This document shows positions 47,489-56,911 of a DNA stretch of 64,000 nucleotides, in pieces (the stretch's first letter is position 1; every line of letters starts with the position of its first letter). The stretch spans positions 8,489-72,488 of the forward strand of contig JAFTQL010000041.1 of NCBI GenBank assembly GCA_017462795.1, written 5' to 3'. Made by a program: the position numbers and the translations under genes. The stretch is from Clostridia bacterium. Lineage in GTDB: Bacteria; Bacillota; Clostridia; Oscillospirales; CAG-272. Below the pieces are notes generated by a model. It was not told the DNA's origin, did not search any database, and saw nothing but the letters and a program-made list of their open reading frames with translations.

Positions 47489-48790
47489 TCAGAATATGTC
47501 GTTTCGTGTGAGATCCTCATATGTCTCGCGCTTTACAACAACTTTGTCCTCTCCGTCTCTTATCATAACAACGGGGGGACGGGGAATGCGGTTGTAGTTT
47601 GACGCCATGGAGTAATTGTACGCGCCCGTGACGAGGACGGCAAGCGTGTCGCCTCTTTCCGCGTGCTGTATCTCCATGTTCTCTCCGAGAAGGTCGCCCG
47701 ACTCACAGCATCTTCCGGCAAGCGTTGCGCGGAAGTCGCGGGGAGCGTTTGCGCGGTTGGCGATAAGCGCGGTGTACTGTGACTGGTAGAGTGCGTATCT
47801 GGGATTGTCGGGCATACCGCCGTCAACTGAGATGTAATTCTTGAAGCCGGGTATCTCCTTGACTCCACCAACTGTATAAAGGGTAATTCCCGCCGCCGCC
47901 ACAAGGGAACGTCCGGGCTCAAGGATAACGCGGGGCATTCTTATGCCGTTCTTTTCGCAAAGTCCCGATACCACCTCGGCAATGTCCTTTATGCACGCGG
48001 CGTAATCTATATCTCTGTCGTACTCCGTGTATCTTACTCCAAGTCCGCCGCCGAGATTCAGCTCTCTTATCTCATATCCGCATTCGCTCTTTATCCGAGC
48101 CATAAACTCTGTCATTATCTTTGCTGCGTCCGCAAAGGGATCGATATCAAATATCTGAGAGCCGATGTGGCAGTGAAGTCCCACAAGATCCACGCCGTCA
48201 GTCGCGATAGCCTTTTTTACTATATCCATCGCCTGACCTGTAACTATAGCGTTGCCGAATTTGGAGTCTACGTTGCCTGTGACCACGGCTCTGTGGGTGT
48301 GGGGGTCAATGCCGGGGGTGATGCGGAGCAGTATCCTTTGGGTGATACCTCTACGTACAGCTTCCGCGCTTACGGCGGACAGCTCGTCGGGATTGTCTAC
48401 CACAAATGTTCCCACTCCCATATCCATTGCGTCGGAAATGTCTCTGTCGGTCTTGTTGTTACCGTGGAAATATATGCGCTCGGCGGGGAATCCTGCTTTT
48501 TTGGCAGTGTACAGCTCTCCGCCCGACACGCAGTCAATACCCATGCCCTCCTCGGCGGCAAGCTTGTAGATACCCGTAAAGCAAAGTGCCTTTGATGCAT
48601 ACAGCGGAAGCGCGTCCTCGCCAAAGCAGCGTATAGCTGCCTCGCGATAGGTGCGGCACTGCTTGCGTATTACATTCTCGTCAAGCACATAAAGAGGAGT
48701 GCCGTGCTTTTTCGCCAGCTCCACCGTGTCCGCGCCGCCTATGGTGAGATGACCCTTTTCATTTATATCAAGATGTTCGTGAAGTACCAT
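47489..48790 (-). CDS. lysA: diaminopimelate decarboxylase
   Basis: YASKA (PLP lysine region), HCHIGSQ, EPGRSLVA and CESGD motifs. Confidence 0.9.
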   Translation of the reverse strand: MVLHEHLDINEKGHLTIGGADTVELAKKHGTPLYVLDENVIRKQCRTYREAAIRCFGEDALPLYASKALCFTGIYKLAAEEGMGIDCVSGGELYTAKKAGFPAERIYFHGNNKTDRDISDAMDMGVGTFVVDNPDELSAVSAEAVRRGITQRILLRITPGIDPHTHRAVVTGNVDSKFGNAIVTGQAMDIVKKAIATDGVDLVGLHCHIGSQIFDIDPFADAAKIMTEFMARIKSECGYEIRELNLGGGLGVRYTEYDRDIDYAACIKDIAEVVSGLCEKNGIRMPRVILEPGRSLVAAAGITLYTVGGVKEIPGFKNYISVDGGMPDNPRYALYQSQYTALIANRANAPRDFRATLAGRCCESGDLLGENMEIQHAERGDTLAVLVTGAYNYSMASNYNRIPRPPVVMIRDGEDKVVVKRETYEDLTRNDIF

Positions 48791-48793
48791 TTT

Positions 48794-49456
48794 TTAATTT
48801 CCTTTTGCGTTTTTGCAGAATGATCTGTGAACACCCGTCACTGTATCTCCGAGGTGTTCGATTATATTAAGTGTTTCGGGGATAAGCCTTCCGTTCTCAT
48901 ATGTGAAAATATTTATTGAAGCGTTGTGCGTAAAGGGAATGTCGCCCGCCTGCTCGGCTGTAAGCCCAAGCGAATATGCTGACAGCGATCTTACCACCGT
49001 GGCATGGGTGGACAGAAGCAGGGTCTTACCCGGGTGCTTTTCCGCAATGGCGCATACTGCCTTTACAACTCTCTCGTATACCTCAGCCGTTGATTCTCCG
49101 CCCGTACAGCGCGATCTTGCGTAATCGTTTCGCCAGATATCAAAGTCGGCTGTGTATCTTTCCGCTATTTCATCGGTGGTTAGGGATTCCCACTCTCCGG
49201 CGAATATCTCACGCAGCTCGGTGGTGGGAATTATCTCCATCCCCAGCCGCTTTGCCGTGGGAACGGCGGTATTGTAGGCTCTTTTAAGGTCGCTTGAATA
49301 TATGAAGTCTATTTTTTCTTTTTCGCAAATATAGTCCGCCGCGAGCTCTGCCTGATGCTTGCCGATATCGGAAAGATCAAAATCGGAATGTCCCGCAAAG
49401 CGTTTCTCCGCGTTGGCAATGCTCTGACCGTGGCGGGTGATTATGAGCCGTGTCAT
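48794..49456 (-). CDS. histidine phosphatase family protein (phosphoglycerate-mutase-like)
   Basis: ITRHGQS catalytic RHG motif and a distal STHATV. Confidence 0.8.
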   Translation of the reverse strand: MTRLIITRHGQSIANAEKRFAGHSDFDLSDIGKHQAELAADYICEKEKIDFIYSSDLKRAYNTAVPTAKRLGMEIIPTTELREIFAGEWESLTTDEIAERYTADFDIWRNDYARSRCTGGESTAEVYERVVKAVCAIAEKHPGKTLLLSTHATVVRSLSAYSLGLTAEQAGDIPFTHNASINIFTYENGRLIPETLNIIEHLGDTVTGVHRSFCKNAKGN

Positions 49457-49475
49457 TGTTCAGCCTTTCTGTTGC

Positions 49476-50075
49476 TTAGAATTTTGCGTAGGCGAGAATG
49501 GTTTTCCAGAGCTCGTCTTTACCCTCGCCCTTGAGAGAGGAGAAGGGGATCACCTTTTCGCCTGCTATGAGAGGATGAGCTGCTATCGCTTCAAGATTTT
49601 TTTTGCGCTCCGTGGCATTGAGCTTGTCGGTCTTGGTCGCGACAACGACAAAGGGCAGCTCCGCCGCGCGAAGATATTCAAGCATCATCTCGTCGTCCTT
49701 GGTTGGACCTACGCGACTGTCCACAAGCTGGACTACAAGAGCGAGTCGGTCGATATTCTTATTTGATGTGAAATAGCCGTCTGTCAGTGCCGACCACTTC
49801 TTTTTGTCCTCCGGATTACGCTTTGCAAAACCGTATCCCGGGAGATCGGCGAGGTACAGCTTTTTATCAACGTCGTAGAAATTGATGGTTATGGTCTTTC
49901 CGGGAGATGAGCTGACGCGAGCCAGCGACTTTCTGCCGAGAAGCGTGTTTATCAGCGAGCTTTTGCCCACATTGGAGCGCCCCGAGAAAGCCACCTGAGG
50001 CTTGGGGTCGCCCGGTATCTGCGAGGGAACGCCCGCGCTTATTTTAAGGTTGGTGTTTTGTATGTTGATAGCCAT
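49476..50075 (-). CDS. engB: ribosome biogenesis GTP-binding protein YsxC/EngB
   Basis: GRSNVGKSSLIN (G1), DLPGYG (G3), TKTDK (G4). Conserved position downstream of lon. Confidence 0.85.
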   Translation of the reverse strand: MAINIQNTNLKISAGVPSQIPGDPKPQVAFSGRSNVGKSSLINTLLGRKSLARVSSSPGKTITINFYDVDKKLYLADLPGYGFAKRNPEDKKKWSALTDGYFTSNKNIDRLALVVQLVDSRVGPTKDDEMMLEYLRAAELPFVVVATKTDKLNATERKKNLEAIAAHPLIAGEKVIPFSSLKGEGKDELWKTILAYAKF

Positions 50076-50120
50076 GATCCTACCTGTTGCTTATACATAT
50101 TTTTAACTTTTGTCGCCGTT

Positions 50121-52562
50121 TTATCTTGCGACGGGGATCTTTGCCTTATCCGCGGGGATCTTTGCGGGAGCGATTATCTCTATTTCCGTTCTTTCCTCCG
50201 CATCTGTTTTCTTTGCTCCCGTGGTAACAGTGTTCACCACAGGGCAAAGCGCATGGGCAAGCACGTCTGTTGCCTTTTTGCAAGGAACAAATCTCAGATT
50301 CTTGCGAACGACGGTATCCACCTCGTCAAGATTTCTCTCGTTGTCTGCGGGGATGAGGACTTCCTTTACTCCCGCGGAGTATGCCGCCATGGTCTTTTCC
50401 TTAAGACCGCCGATGGCAAGCACATTGCCTCTGAGCGATACCTCACCCGTCATGGCAATGTCACGGCGGACCGCTCTGCCGGTCAGCGCGCTGACAAGAG
50501 CCGTTACCATGGTGACACCTGCCGAAGGACCGTCCTTGGGAACAGCCCCCTCGGGAAAGTGGATATGTATATCCTTCTTCTGATAAAAGTCGGTGGGTAT
50601 GCCGTAGTCGGCAGCAATTGAGCGGACGTAGCTTACAGCTATGCGGGCGGATTCCTTCATGACATCACCGAGAGATCCGGTAAGCTCTATCTTACCCGTG
50701 CCGTCAAGCACCGCTACCTCTACCCTGAGCATGTCGCCGCCTGCCGCGGTCCACGCAAGACCGTTGACCGTACCGACCTCATCCTCATCGGAGATGGAGT
50801 CGGGAAGGCGCTTGCGCGGTCCGAGATAGTCCTCAACATTCGCTGCTGTGACCTTTATCTTTCCAGACTGCTCTTCCTCAACAAGCTTTTTTGCCGCCTT
50901 ACGGCAGATGTCCGCAATAGCTCTCTCAAGGTTTCTCACTCCCGCCTCACGGGTGTAAAAGTCCGCTATCTCGGCTATCGCGTCATCAGTAATGGCTACC
51001 ATGCGCTTATTAAGCCCATGGCGCTTGAGCTGCTTGGGAATGAGATGGTTGTGAGCAATGGATATCTTTTCATTCTTTGTATATGACTTCAGCTCAATGA
51101 CCTCCATTCTGTCAAGCAGAGGACGTGGAACTGTGTCAAGCGTATTGGCGGTAGCTATGAACAGACAGCCGGACAGGTCGAAGGGGAGCTCCACAAAGTG
51201 ATCGCGGAAGGTCTTGTTCTGCTCGCCGTCAAGCACCTCAAGGAGTGCCGACGCGGGATCTCCGTGGGAGTCTCTTGTCAGCTTGTCGATCTCATCAAGG
51301 AGGATGAGCGGGTTGTTTACCTTTGCCTGTATCAGCGCGTTGATGATCCTTCCGGGCATAGCCCCGATATAAGTCTTTCTGTGACCTCTTATGTCGGCCT
51401 CATCGCGCACGCCTCCGAGGGAAACACGCACATATTTTCTGTTCATTGCTTTGGCTATGGACGCGCCCACGGATGTCTTACCGACACCGGGAGGGCCTAC
51501 AAGGCAGAGTATCTGATTTCCAAGCTGGGGATTCAGCTGCTTTACCGCAAGGTACTCAAGTATTCTTTCCTTTACCTTGTCAAGTCCGTCGTGGTCGCTG
51601 TCAAGTATCTTTTTTGCGGAAGCTATATTGACTCTGTCCTTGGTGGATACGCTCCACGGTATTTCAAGGCAGGTATCGAGGTATGATCTCGCCACGGTGG
51701 ATTCCGAAGAACCGAAGGGCGCTTTGGACATTCTCTCGTTTTCCTTGAGCAGCTTTTCTCTTACCTCGTCGGGCAGCTTTGCCGCCATTATCCTGTCAAA
51801 GTATTCGTCGGCCTCGTCGGTGTCTCCGAGCTCGTTTTTGATAACGCGTATCTGTTCGCGGAGATAATATTCCTTCTGATTCTGATTGAGATTGGAGCGG
51901 ACTCTTTTGTGTATATCCATCTCACAGGCGAGAAGACCTGATTCCTCCTCCAGAAGAGCTATGAGAAGCTCAATACGCTTTTCAGGGTCGAAACACTCCA
52001 GAATCAGCTGCTTGTCGGTGAATTTGACCAGCATGTTTGCCGCAATGAAGTCGGCGAGAAGAGCGGGAGTCTTGATGCCCGACGCTGTTGTCAGCATATC
52101 GTCGCTGACAGAGGGCAGGAAGGAGGCAAGCTTTTTTGCCTCGGATATTATGGCGCGGCAGTATGCCTGGTTACGTATCGCGTCCTCGTCGGATGCGGTG
52201 TGGGTCTTGGAGTTGACCTCGGCGAGTATGTAGTCGGCGAAGAGACGGAACTCCGTGACCGCCGCTCTGGAATAGCCCTCGGCGAGTATCCTCATGCCGC
52301 CCTCGGGAGATCTTACAGATTGCTTGATCTTGCAGACCGTACCTGTGCGGAACAGTCCGTCAGGCAGAGGATTTTCACAGTCGGGCGAGCGGTATGTGCA
52401 GACGAGTATGGGGGAGTCGGTATCAAACGCCGCCTCCGCCGCCTTTATGGCTATATCCTCGGTCAGCTCAAAGTTGATGGTCGCGCCCGGGAAAGCCACC
52501 AGTCCTCTGACGGGGATCACGGGCAGGGTGAGTTTTTTTATTTTAACTATATATTTTGACAT
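50121..52562 (-). CDS. lon: ATP-dependent Lon protease (LonA)
   Basis: LON N-terminal domain, Walker A GPPGVGKTS, and catalytic PKDGPSAGV serine motif. Confidence 0.95.
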   Translation of the reverse strand: MSKYIVKIKKLTLPVIPVRGLVAFPGATINFELTEDIAIKAAEAAFDTDSPILVCTYRSPDCENPLPDGLFRTGTVCKIKQSVRSPEGGMRILAEGYSRAAVTEFRLFADYILAEVNSKTHTASDEDAIRNQAYCRAIISEAKKLASFLPSVSDDMLTTASGIKTPALLADFIAANMLVKFTDKQLILECFDPEKRIELLIALLEEESGLLACEMDIHKRVRSNLNQNQKEYYLREQIRVIKNELGDTDEADEYFDRIMAAKLPDEVREKLLKENERMSKAPFGSSESTVARSYLDTCLEIPWSVSTKDRVNIASAKKILDSDHDGLDKVKERILEYLAVKQLNPQLGNQILCLVGPPGVGKTSVGASIAKAMNRKYVRVSLGGVRDEADIRGHRKTYIGAMPGRIINALIQAKVNNPLILLDEIDKLTRDSHGDPASALLEVLDGEQNKTFRDHFVELPFDLSGCLFIATANTLDTVPRPLLDRMEVIELKSYTKNEKISIAHNHLIPKQLKRHGLNKRMVAITDDAIAEIADFYTREAGVRNLERAIADICRKAAKKLVEEEQSGKIKVTAANVEDYLGPRKRLPDSISDEDEVGTVNGLAWTAAGGDMLRVEVAVLDGTGKIELTGSLGDVMKESARIAVSYVRSIAADYGIPTDFYQKKDIHIHFPEGAVPKDGPSAGVTMVTALVSALTGRAVRRDIAMTGEVSLRGNVLAIGGLKEKTMAAYSAGVKEVLIPADNERNLDEVDTVVRKNLRFVPCKKATDVLAHALCPVVNTVTTGAKKTDAEERTEIEIIAPAKIPADKAKIPVAR

Positions 52563-52672
52563 ATATCTTTATATCCTTTCGGGGGGTGTGCTGTGGTTGT
52601 GAGATAACCGTATTGAAGCGCGGATCCGAACACCATTGCTTATTTCTTTGCCTCAAAACAATTATTCATTAT

Positions 52673-52701
52673 ATTATAACATATATTCACGCGGATTTCC
52701 A
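52673..52701 (-). promoter_or_regulatory. candidate sigma-A-like promoter for lon
   Basis: On the minus strand: TGGAAA, 17 nt, then TG-n-TATAAT. Confidence 0.4.
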
Positions 52702-53221
52702 CACTTTTTTCAATTATTTTAAATTTTATTAAAATCCAATACATCTTGTTGCAAAAAATGGGTAGGGAAAATAAAAAAAGCACAACCGAAACCGTTTCTG
52801 CGCGCTGATATCATAAGCTTGATATTCCGCAGATACGTATGACCGTTGTGCGTGACGCTGTGGAGTTGGTGCCGCCGACAGCCTTAATATTATACCTTGA
52901 AAACCCGATTTTGTAAATATCCATTTTACACGATTTTTTGTCGAATTTTTCGTTAAAAAAGATACACAATAGAAAAAAACTCATAAAAAAACCTCTTTTT
53001 TGTCACTTTTACCTCTTGACTCCGCCTGTATGTCGTACAAATGTCGTTGACGGAGTGGCGGAGATACGTGAGAAAAATTTTTGAAGAGACATTTTTGGTT
53101 AACAGGTTAAAGTTTAGAGTTTACTTACAGTTATGGATGGGCTTCACCATATTTTGAGGGGATGGGGGCTACCGATAAATAAATTATGTAAAAACTAAAA
53201 AAAATTTTTTTAAAAAAGGGG

Positions 53222-53250
53222 TTGACATATGGAAGAAGATGTGGTAAAAT
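53222..53250 (+). promoter_or_regulatory. sigma-A promoter of the infC-rpmI-rplT operon
   Basis: TTGACA (53222-53227), 17 nt, then TG-n-TAAAAT (53245-53250). Confidence 0.6.
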
Positions 53251-53254
53251 AAAC

Positions 53255-53415
53255 AGGCAAAAAGAAGAAGAACACTCCGTTCTCACCGTATCGCAGGGCG
53301 AATACGGTATGATATTCACCAAAATCCGAGGTAAAGTGTACTGTGATCTCGGTGTTTGTCGTGCGGAGAAGTTGCTTCGCATGATTTTTTTTGCCCTTAT
53401 GGGACAAAATGGAGG
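53255..53415 (+). promoter_or_regulatory. structured 5' leader of infC, consistent with a Firmicute L20-leader-type attenuator
   Basis: Hairpin ACCGTAT...ATACGGT, followed by a terminator-like hairpin and T-run just upstream of the infC RBS. Confidence 0.45.
53362..53392 (+). terminator. leader attenuator terminator
   Basis: tgcggag / cttcgca stem (7 bp including one G-U pair), then a TTTTTTTT run at 53385-53392. Confidence 0.45.
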
Positions 53416-53425
53416 TGTATTTAGT

Positions 53426-53944
53426 ATTAGCGCAAAGGAATTAATGATCAATGAAGAGATCAAGTTTAAGGAAGTAAGAGTTGTCGGAGTTGACGGCGAG
53501 GCTGTCGGCATCATGTCATCGGACGCTGCCTTGAAGCTTGCATATGATCAGGGTTACGACTTAGTTTTGATGGCTCCCCAGGCACAGCCGCCCGTATGCC
53601 GTATCATGGACTACGGAAAGTATCGCTTTGAGAGAGACAAAAAGGAAAAGGAAGCCAAGAAGAAACAGCAGACGGTTGAACTGAAGGAGATACAGCTCTC
53701 CTGCAGGATCGATACTCACGATTTTGAGACAAAGGCACGCCACGCGGTCAAGTTCTTGGAGTCGGGAAACAAGGTCAGAGTCGTTATGCGCTTTAAAGGG
53801 CGTGAGATGAGTCACGTCTCCATCGGACAGGAAATAATGAACAAGTTCGTGGAGAGCTGCAGCGAGGTCGGCAGCGTTGACAAGAAGCCTGTACTCGACG
53901 GAAGGATCATGAGCATGGTGATCTCACCTGTCAAGCTCAAATAA
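53426..53944 (+). CDS. infC: translation initiation factor IF-3
   Basis: INEEIKFKEVRVVG...VCRIMDYGKY... Proposed ATT start at 53426, 8 nt after GGAGGTG (alternative ATG at 53444). The upstream part of track ORF 53222-53944 is leader. Confidence 0.9.
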   Translation: MSAKELMINEEIKFKEVRVVGVDGEAVGIMSSDAALKLAYDQGYDLVLMAPQAQPPVCRIMDYGKYRFERDKKEKEAKKKQQTVELKEIQLSCRIDTHDFETKARHAVKFLESGNKVRVVMRFKGREMSHVSIGQEIMNKFVESCSEVGSVDKKPVLDGRIMSMVISPVKLK

Positions 53945-54030
53945 TTCGGTTCGTAAACTGCACTGCCGACCGTGTGTCGGAGAGCAATTTTATGATATAA
54001 AATTCGATTATAAAAAAGGAGATAATAAAA

Positions 54031-54225
54031 ATGGGAAAAGTAAAGACACATAAGGCTTCTGCCAAGAGATTTTCTGTTACCGCATCAGGCAAGGTAAAGA
54101 TGGGTCACTGTCATCACAGACATAACACGGGTCTCAAGACCGCAAAGAGAAAGAGACACCTTCGTCAGGGCGCTATTCTCAGCGACGCAATGACAGCAAA
54201 CATCAGAACACTCATTCAGAAATAA
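54031..54225 (+). CDS. rpmI: 50S ribosomal protein L35
   Basis: MGKVKTHKASAKRF... 64 aa. AAGGAG RBS. Confidence 0.95.
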   Translation: MGKVKTHKASAKRFSVTASGKVKMGHCHHRHNTGLKTAKRKRHLRQGAILSDAMTANIRTLIQK

Positions 54226-54254
54226 TTAACGGATAACAGAGGAGGATAAAGAAA

Positions 54255-54608
54255 ATGGCAAGAATCAAGGGCGCAATGATGACGCGCAAGAGAAGAAATA
54301 AAGTTCTTAAGGCTGCGAAGGGTTACTGGGGCGCAAAGTCCAAGCACTTCAAGATGGCAAAGCAAGCCGTACTCAAGAGCGGTAACTATGCTTTCGCAGG
54401 AAGAAAGATGAAGAAGAGAGACTTCCGCAGACTGTGGATCGCTCGTATCTCTGCTCAGGCAAAGGTAAACGGCATGAACTACTCCACATTTATGCATGGT
54501 CTCAAGATGGCAGGTATCGATCTGAACCGCAAGATGCTTGCTGATCTGGCTGTTTCCGATAAGGAAGCATTTGCAGCGCTTGTTGAAAAGGCAAAGGCTG
54601 CTCTCTAA
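54255..54608 (+). CDS. rplT: 50S ribosomal protein L20
   Basis: [26 protein letters not shown]... 117 aa. Confidence 0.95.
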   Translation: MARIKGAMMTRKRRNKVLKAAKGYWGAKSKHFKMAKQAVLKSGNYAFAGRKMKKRDFRRLWIARISAQAKVNGMNYSTFMHGLKMAGIDLNRKMLADLAVSDKEAFAALVEKAKAAL

Positions 54609-54622
54609 TCTGAGCTGATAAA

Positions 54623-54650
54623 GGGGTTGTTGCAACAGCAACAGCCTCTT
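54623..54650 (+). terminator. weak terminator hairpin after rplT
   Basis: ggttgttgc / gcaacagcc stem (one G-U pair), loop aaca, T-rich tail. Confidence 0.4.
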
Positions 54651-54688
54651 ATTTATGTATTTTCACGTATTTAAAGGAAGGAGACCGC

Positions 54689-55516
54689 ATGGAGGCATCG
54701 GAAAAAAGACAGGTAATAACATCAAGGCAAAACCCCTTTGTCAAGTCCGTGTGCGGTCTTGCCGAAAAGAAAAAGAGAACGGATAGCGGACTGTTCCGCT
54801 TTGATGGCATAAAGCTTCTCAGAGAGGCTGTCGGTTCTGATATTCACATAAAGCATGTGATATACCGCGAGGACGCTGAGAGCAGGATAGCCGACATTAT
54901 CGGTAGCATGGCTGAGCGGGCTGTGGCTGTGAGCGCCGAGGTCTTTGACAAGATCACTGAGGAAAAGTCACCCGAGGGAGTGGTCACTGTTGCGTATATG
55001 CCCGACAAGCTACATAGGCGTGTACCTTCCGAGGACATATGCAACAATGTCAGAAGAGAACAGAGAATACTTCTGGCGGAATCGATCAGAGATCCCGGAA
55101 ATCTCGGTACGGTGATGAGAAGCTGTTACGCTCTCGGTATCGATCTGCTGGTGATGTCCCGCGATTGCGCGGATATTTATAATTCCAAAACGATCAGAGC
55201 GGCTATGGGTGCTATATTCAAGCTCCCCACGGTAACGGTGGACAGCTGTGAGCTGGCGTGTGCCGTAGAGAGACTGAAGACTCAGGGAAGACGTGTATAT
55301 GCCACAGCGCTCCACAGAGACTCGCGAAAGATCGGAGACACGGAGATAGCATACGGAGACTGCTTTGTAATCGGAAATGAGGGACATGGACTTTGCGATT
55401 CCACTGTGGAGGCATGCACCCATCCTGTTATCATTCCCATGCGAGAGGGCGCGGAATCGCTGAACGCTTCAGCCGCCGCCGCTATCTGCATATGGGAAAC
55501 GATCAAAGCAAAATAA
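54689..55516 (+). CDS. TrmH/SpoU-family RNA 2'-O-methyltransferase
   Basis: DPGNLGTVMRS, IGNEGHGL and ESLNASAAAAI SpoU motifs. Confidence 0.8.
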   Translation: MEASEKRQVITSRQNPFVKSVCGLAEKKKRTDSGLFRFDGIKLLREAVGSDIHIKHVIYREDAESRIADIIGSMAERAVAVSAEVFDKITEEKSPEGVVTVAYMPDKLHRRVPSEDICNNVRREQRILLAESIRDPGNLGTVMRSCYALGIDLLVMSRDCADIYNSKTIRAAMGAIFKLPTVTVDSCELACAVERLKTQGRRVYATALHRDSRKIGDTEIAYGDCFVIGNEGHGLCDSTVEACTHPVIIPMREGAESLNASAAAAICIWETIKAK

Positions 55517-55570
55517 TTTTCCGATACAGCGGCAAGCATCATTATTAATTATCAAAAGGGGATAACCGAC

Positions 55571-56869
55571 ATGAAGGATGAAAATAATCTGTATTGGATA
55601 TGGCTGTCCGAAAAGTTCGGTATTGCTTCCAAGGACTTTCCGCGTTTCGCGGAGAAATACGACGACCCTTATGACGTTTACAGACTTGAAAACGATGAGA
55701 TAGAACAGCTTGAGGGCGTCAGTGAACGACTCAAGACAAGACTTTCCGAAAAATCTCTTGAAGGCGCGTATTCCATACTTAAATATTGCAGAAAATACGG
55801 CATTGAGATCATCGGATACAGTGACAAACGGTATCCGTCAAGGCTGAAGACCATTGAGAATCCGCCGGTACTGCTTTATTGCCTCGGTAAATTGCCAAAC
55901 ATGGACTCCCGACTTTGTATAGGTATGGTGGGAACGAGAAAAATGAGCGAATACGGAAAGCAGACTGCGTATAAAATATCCTATGAGCTTGGCGCATCGA
56001 ATGTGTGCGTGGTCAGCGGAATGGCTCTTGGTGTGGATGGAGTATGCGCATGCGGAGCTTTGGAGTCAGGCGGCGTCACCGTGGCTGTGCTGGGATGCGG
56101 TATCTCCATTACCTATCCCAAGGAGCACGCAAAGCTTATGCGCGCTATATCCAAGCAAGGGGCTGTTATTACCGAATATCCGCCCTTTGAACGACCTAAT
56201 CCCGGTAACTTTCCGAAGCGAAACCGCATAATAAGCGGTCTTTGCCAAGGCGTGCTTGTGGTGGAGGGAGCTAAGGGAAGCGGAGCGCTTATTACCGCCT
56301 CAAGAGCTATATCGCAGGGAAGAGAGCTGTTTGCACTCCCGGGTAAGATCAACGAAAGCAATTCGGAAGGTCCCAATGACCTTATAAAGAACGGTGCGAA
56401 TGTGGCGCTTTCGGCAACCGATATCATCAATCATTATGATTTTCTGTATCATGATACCATTGATTACCGCGGTCTTTCATGGGCAAGGAAAAGATCGGAG
56501 TTTGATGAGAAAATACTTAAAAAATATGGCGTCTCATCGGTCTATTACAGAGGAAGATATGTTCCTGCCGAAGAAAAACGGCAGACGGCGGAGACGGAAT
56601 TCGAGCTGTCCTCCGCGGAGCCTGCTGTGGTCGAGCCGCCGAAAAACCAACCTGTCCCCGCCAAGGCCGACCGATCGGAGGCTATCTTTGAGTCTCTTGA
56701 TGATAGTACCAAAAAGATATTCGGGCTTATTCCAGACGGCGTAATGTTTACTCCCGACGCGGTCTCAGCTCACGGAATAGACATAGGCGAGGTCATAACC
56801 GCCCTTACAATGCTTGAAATAAGCGGACTTGTGGCATCACTGCCGGGCGGACTGTACATAAAGAAATAA
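55571..56869 (+). CDS. dprA: DNA-processing protein DprA (Smf)
   Basis: VGTRKMSEYG, VVSGMALGVDG and GSGALITA Rossmann-like DprA core. Sits upstream of topA. Confidence 0.85.
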   Translation: MKDENNLYWIWLSEKFGIASKDFPRFAEKYDDPYDVYRLENDEIEQLEGVSERLKTRLSEKSLEGAYSILKYCRKYGIEIIGYSDKRYPSRLKTIENPPVLLYCLGKLPNMDSRLCIGMVGTRKMSEYGKQTAYKISYELGASNVCVVSGMALGVDGVCACGALESGGVTVAVLGCGISITYPKEHAKLMRAISKQGAVITEYPPFERPNPGNFPKRNRIISGLCQGVLVVEGAKGSGALITASRAISQGRELFALPGKINESNSEGPNDLIKNGANVALSATDIINHYDFLYHDTIDYRGLSWARKRSEFDEKILKKYGVSSVYYRGRYVPAEEKRQTAETEFELSSAEPAVVEPPKNQPVPAKADRSEAIFESLDDSTKKIFGLIPDGVMFTPDAVSAHGIDIGEVITALTMLEISGLVASLPGGLYIKK

Positions 56870-56911
56870 AAACCATACGGCATATATAGAATTCGGAAAG
56901 GAAACTGATAA

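Noticed and set aside
48791-48793. Expectation of a regulatory leader or riboswitch upstream of lysA.
   Set aside because: Only 3 nt separate lysA from the upstream histidine phosphatase gene, so there is no room for a leader. lysA appears to be co-transcribed.
52563-53221. Search for a tRNA, 5S, SRP, 6S or tmRNA gene in the long lon-infC gap.
   Set aside because: No T-loop (GTTCRANYC) or other diagnostic conserved motifs were seen by eye. Only the orphan promoter/terminator unit is reported as a finding.
53131-53514. 127-aa minus-strand ORF overlapping the infC promoter and leader.
   Set aside because: It overlaps a strong plus-strand promoter, the leader and the infC start. It has no RBS, and its composition is low-complexity.
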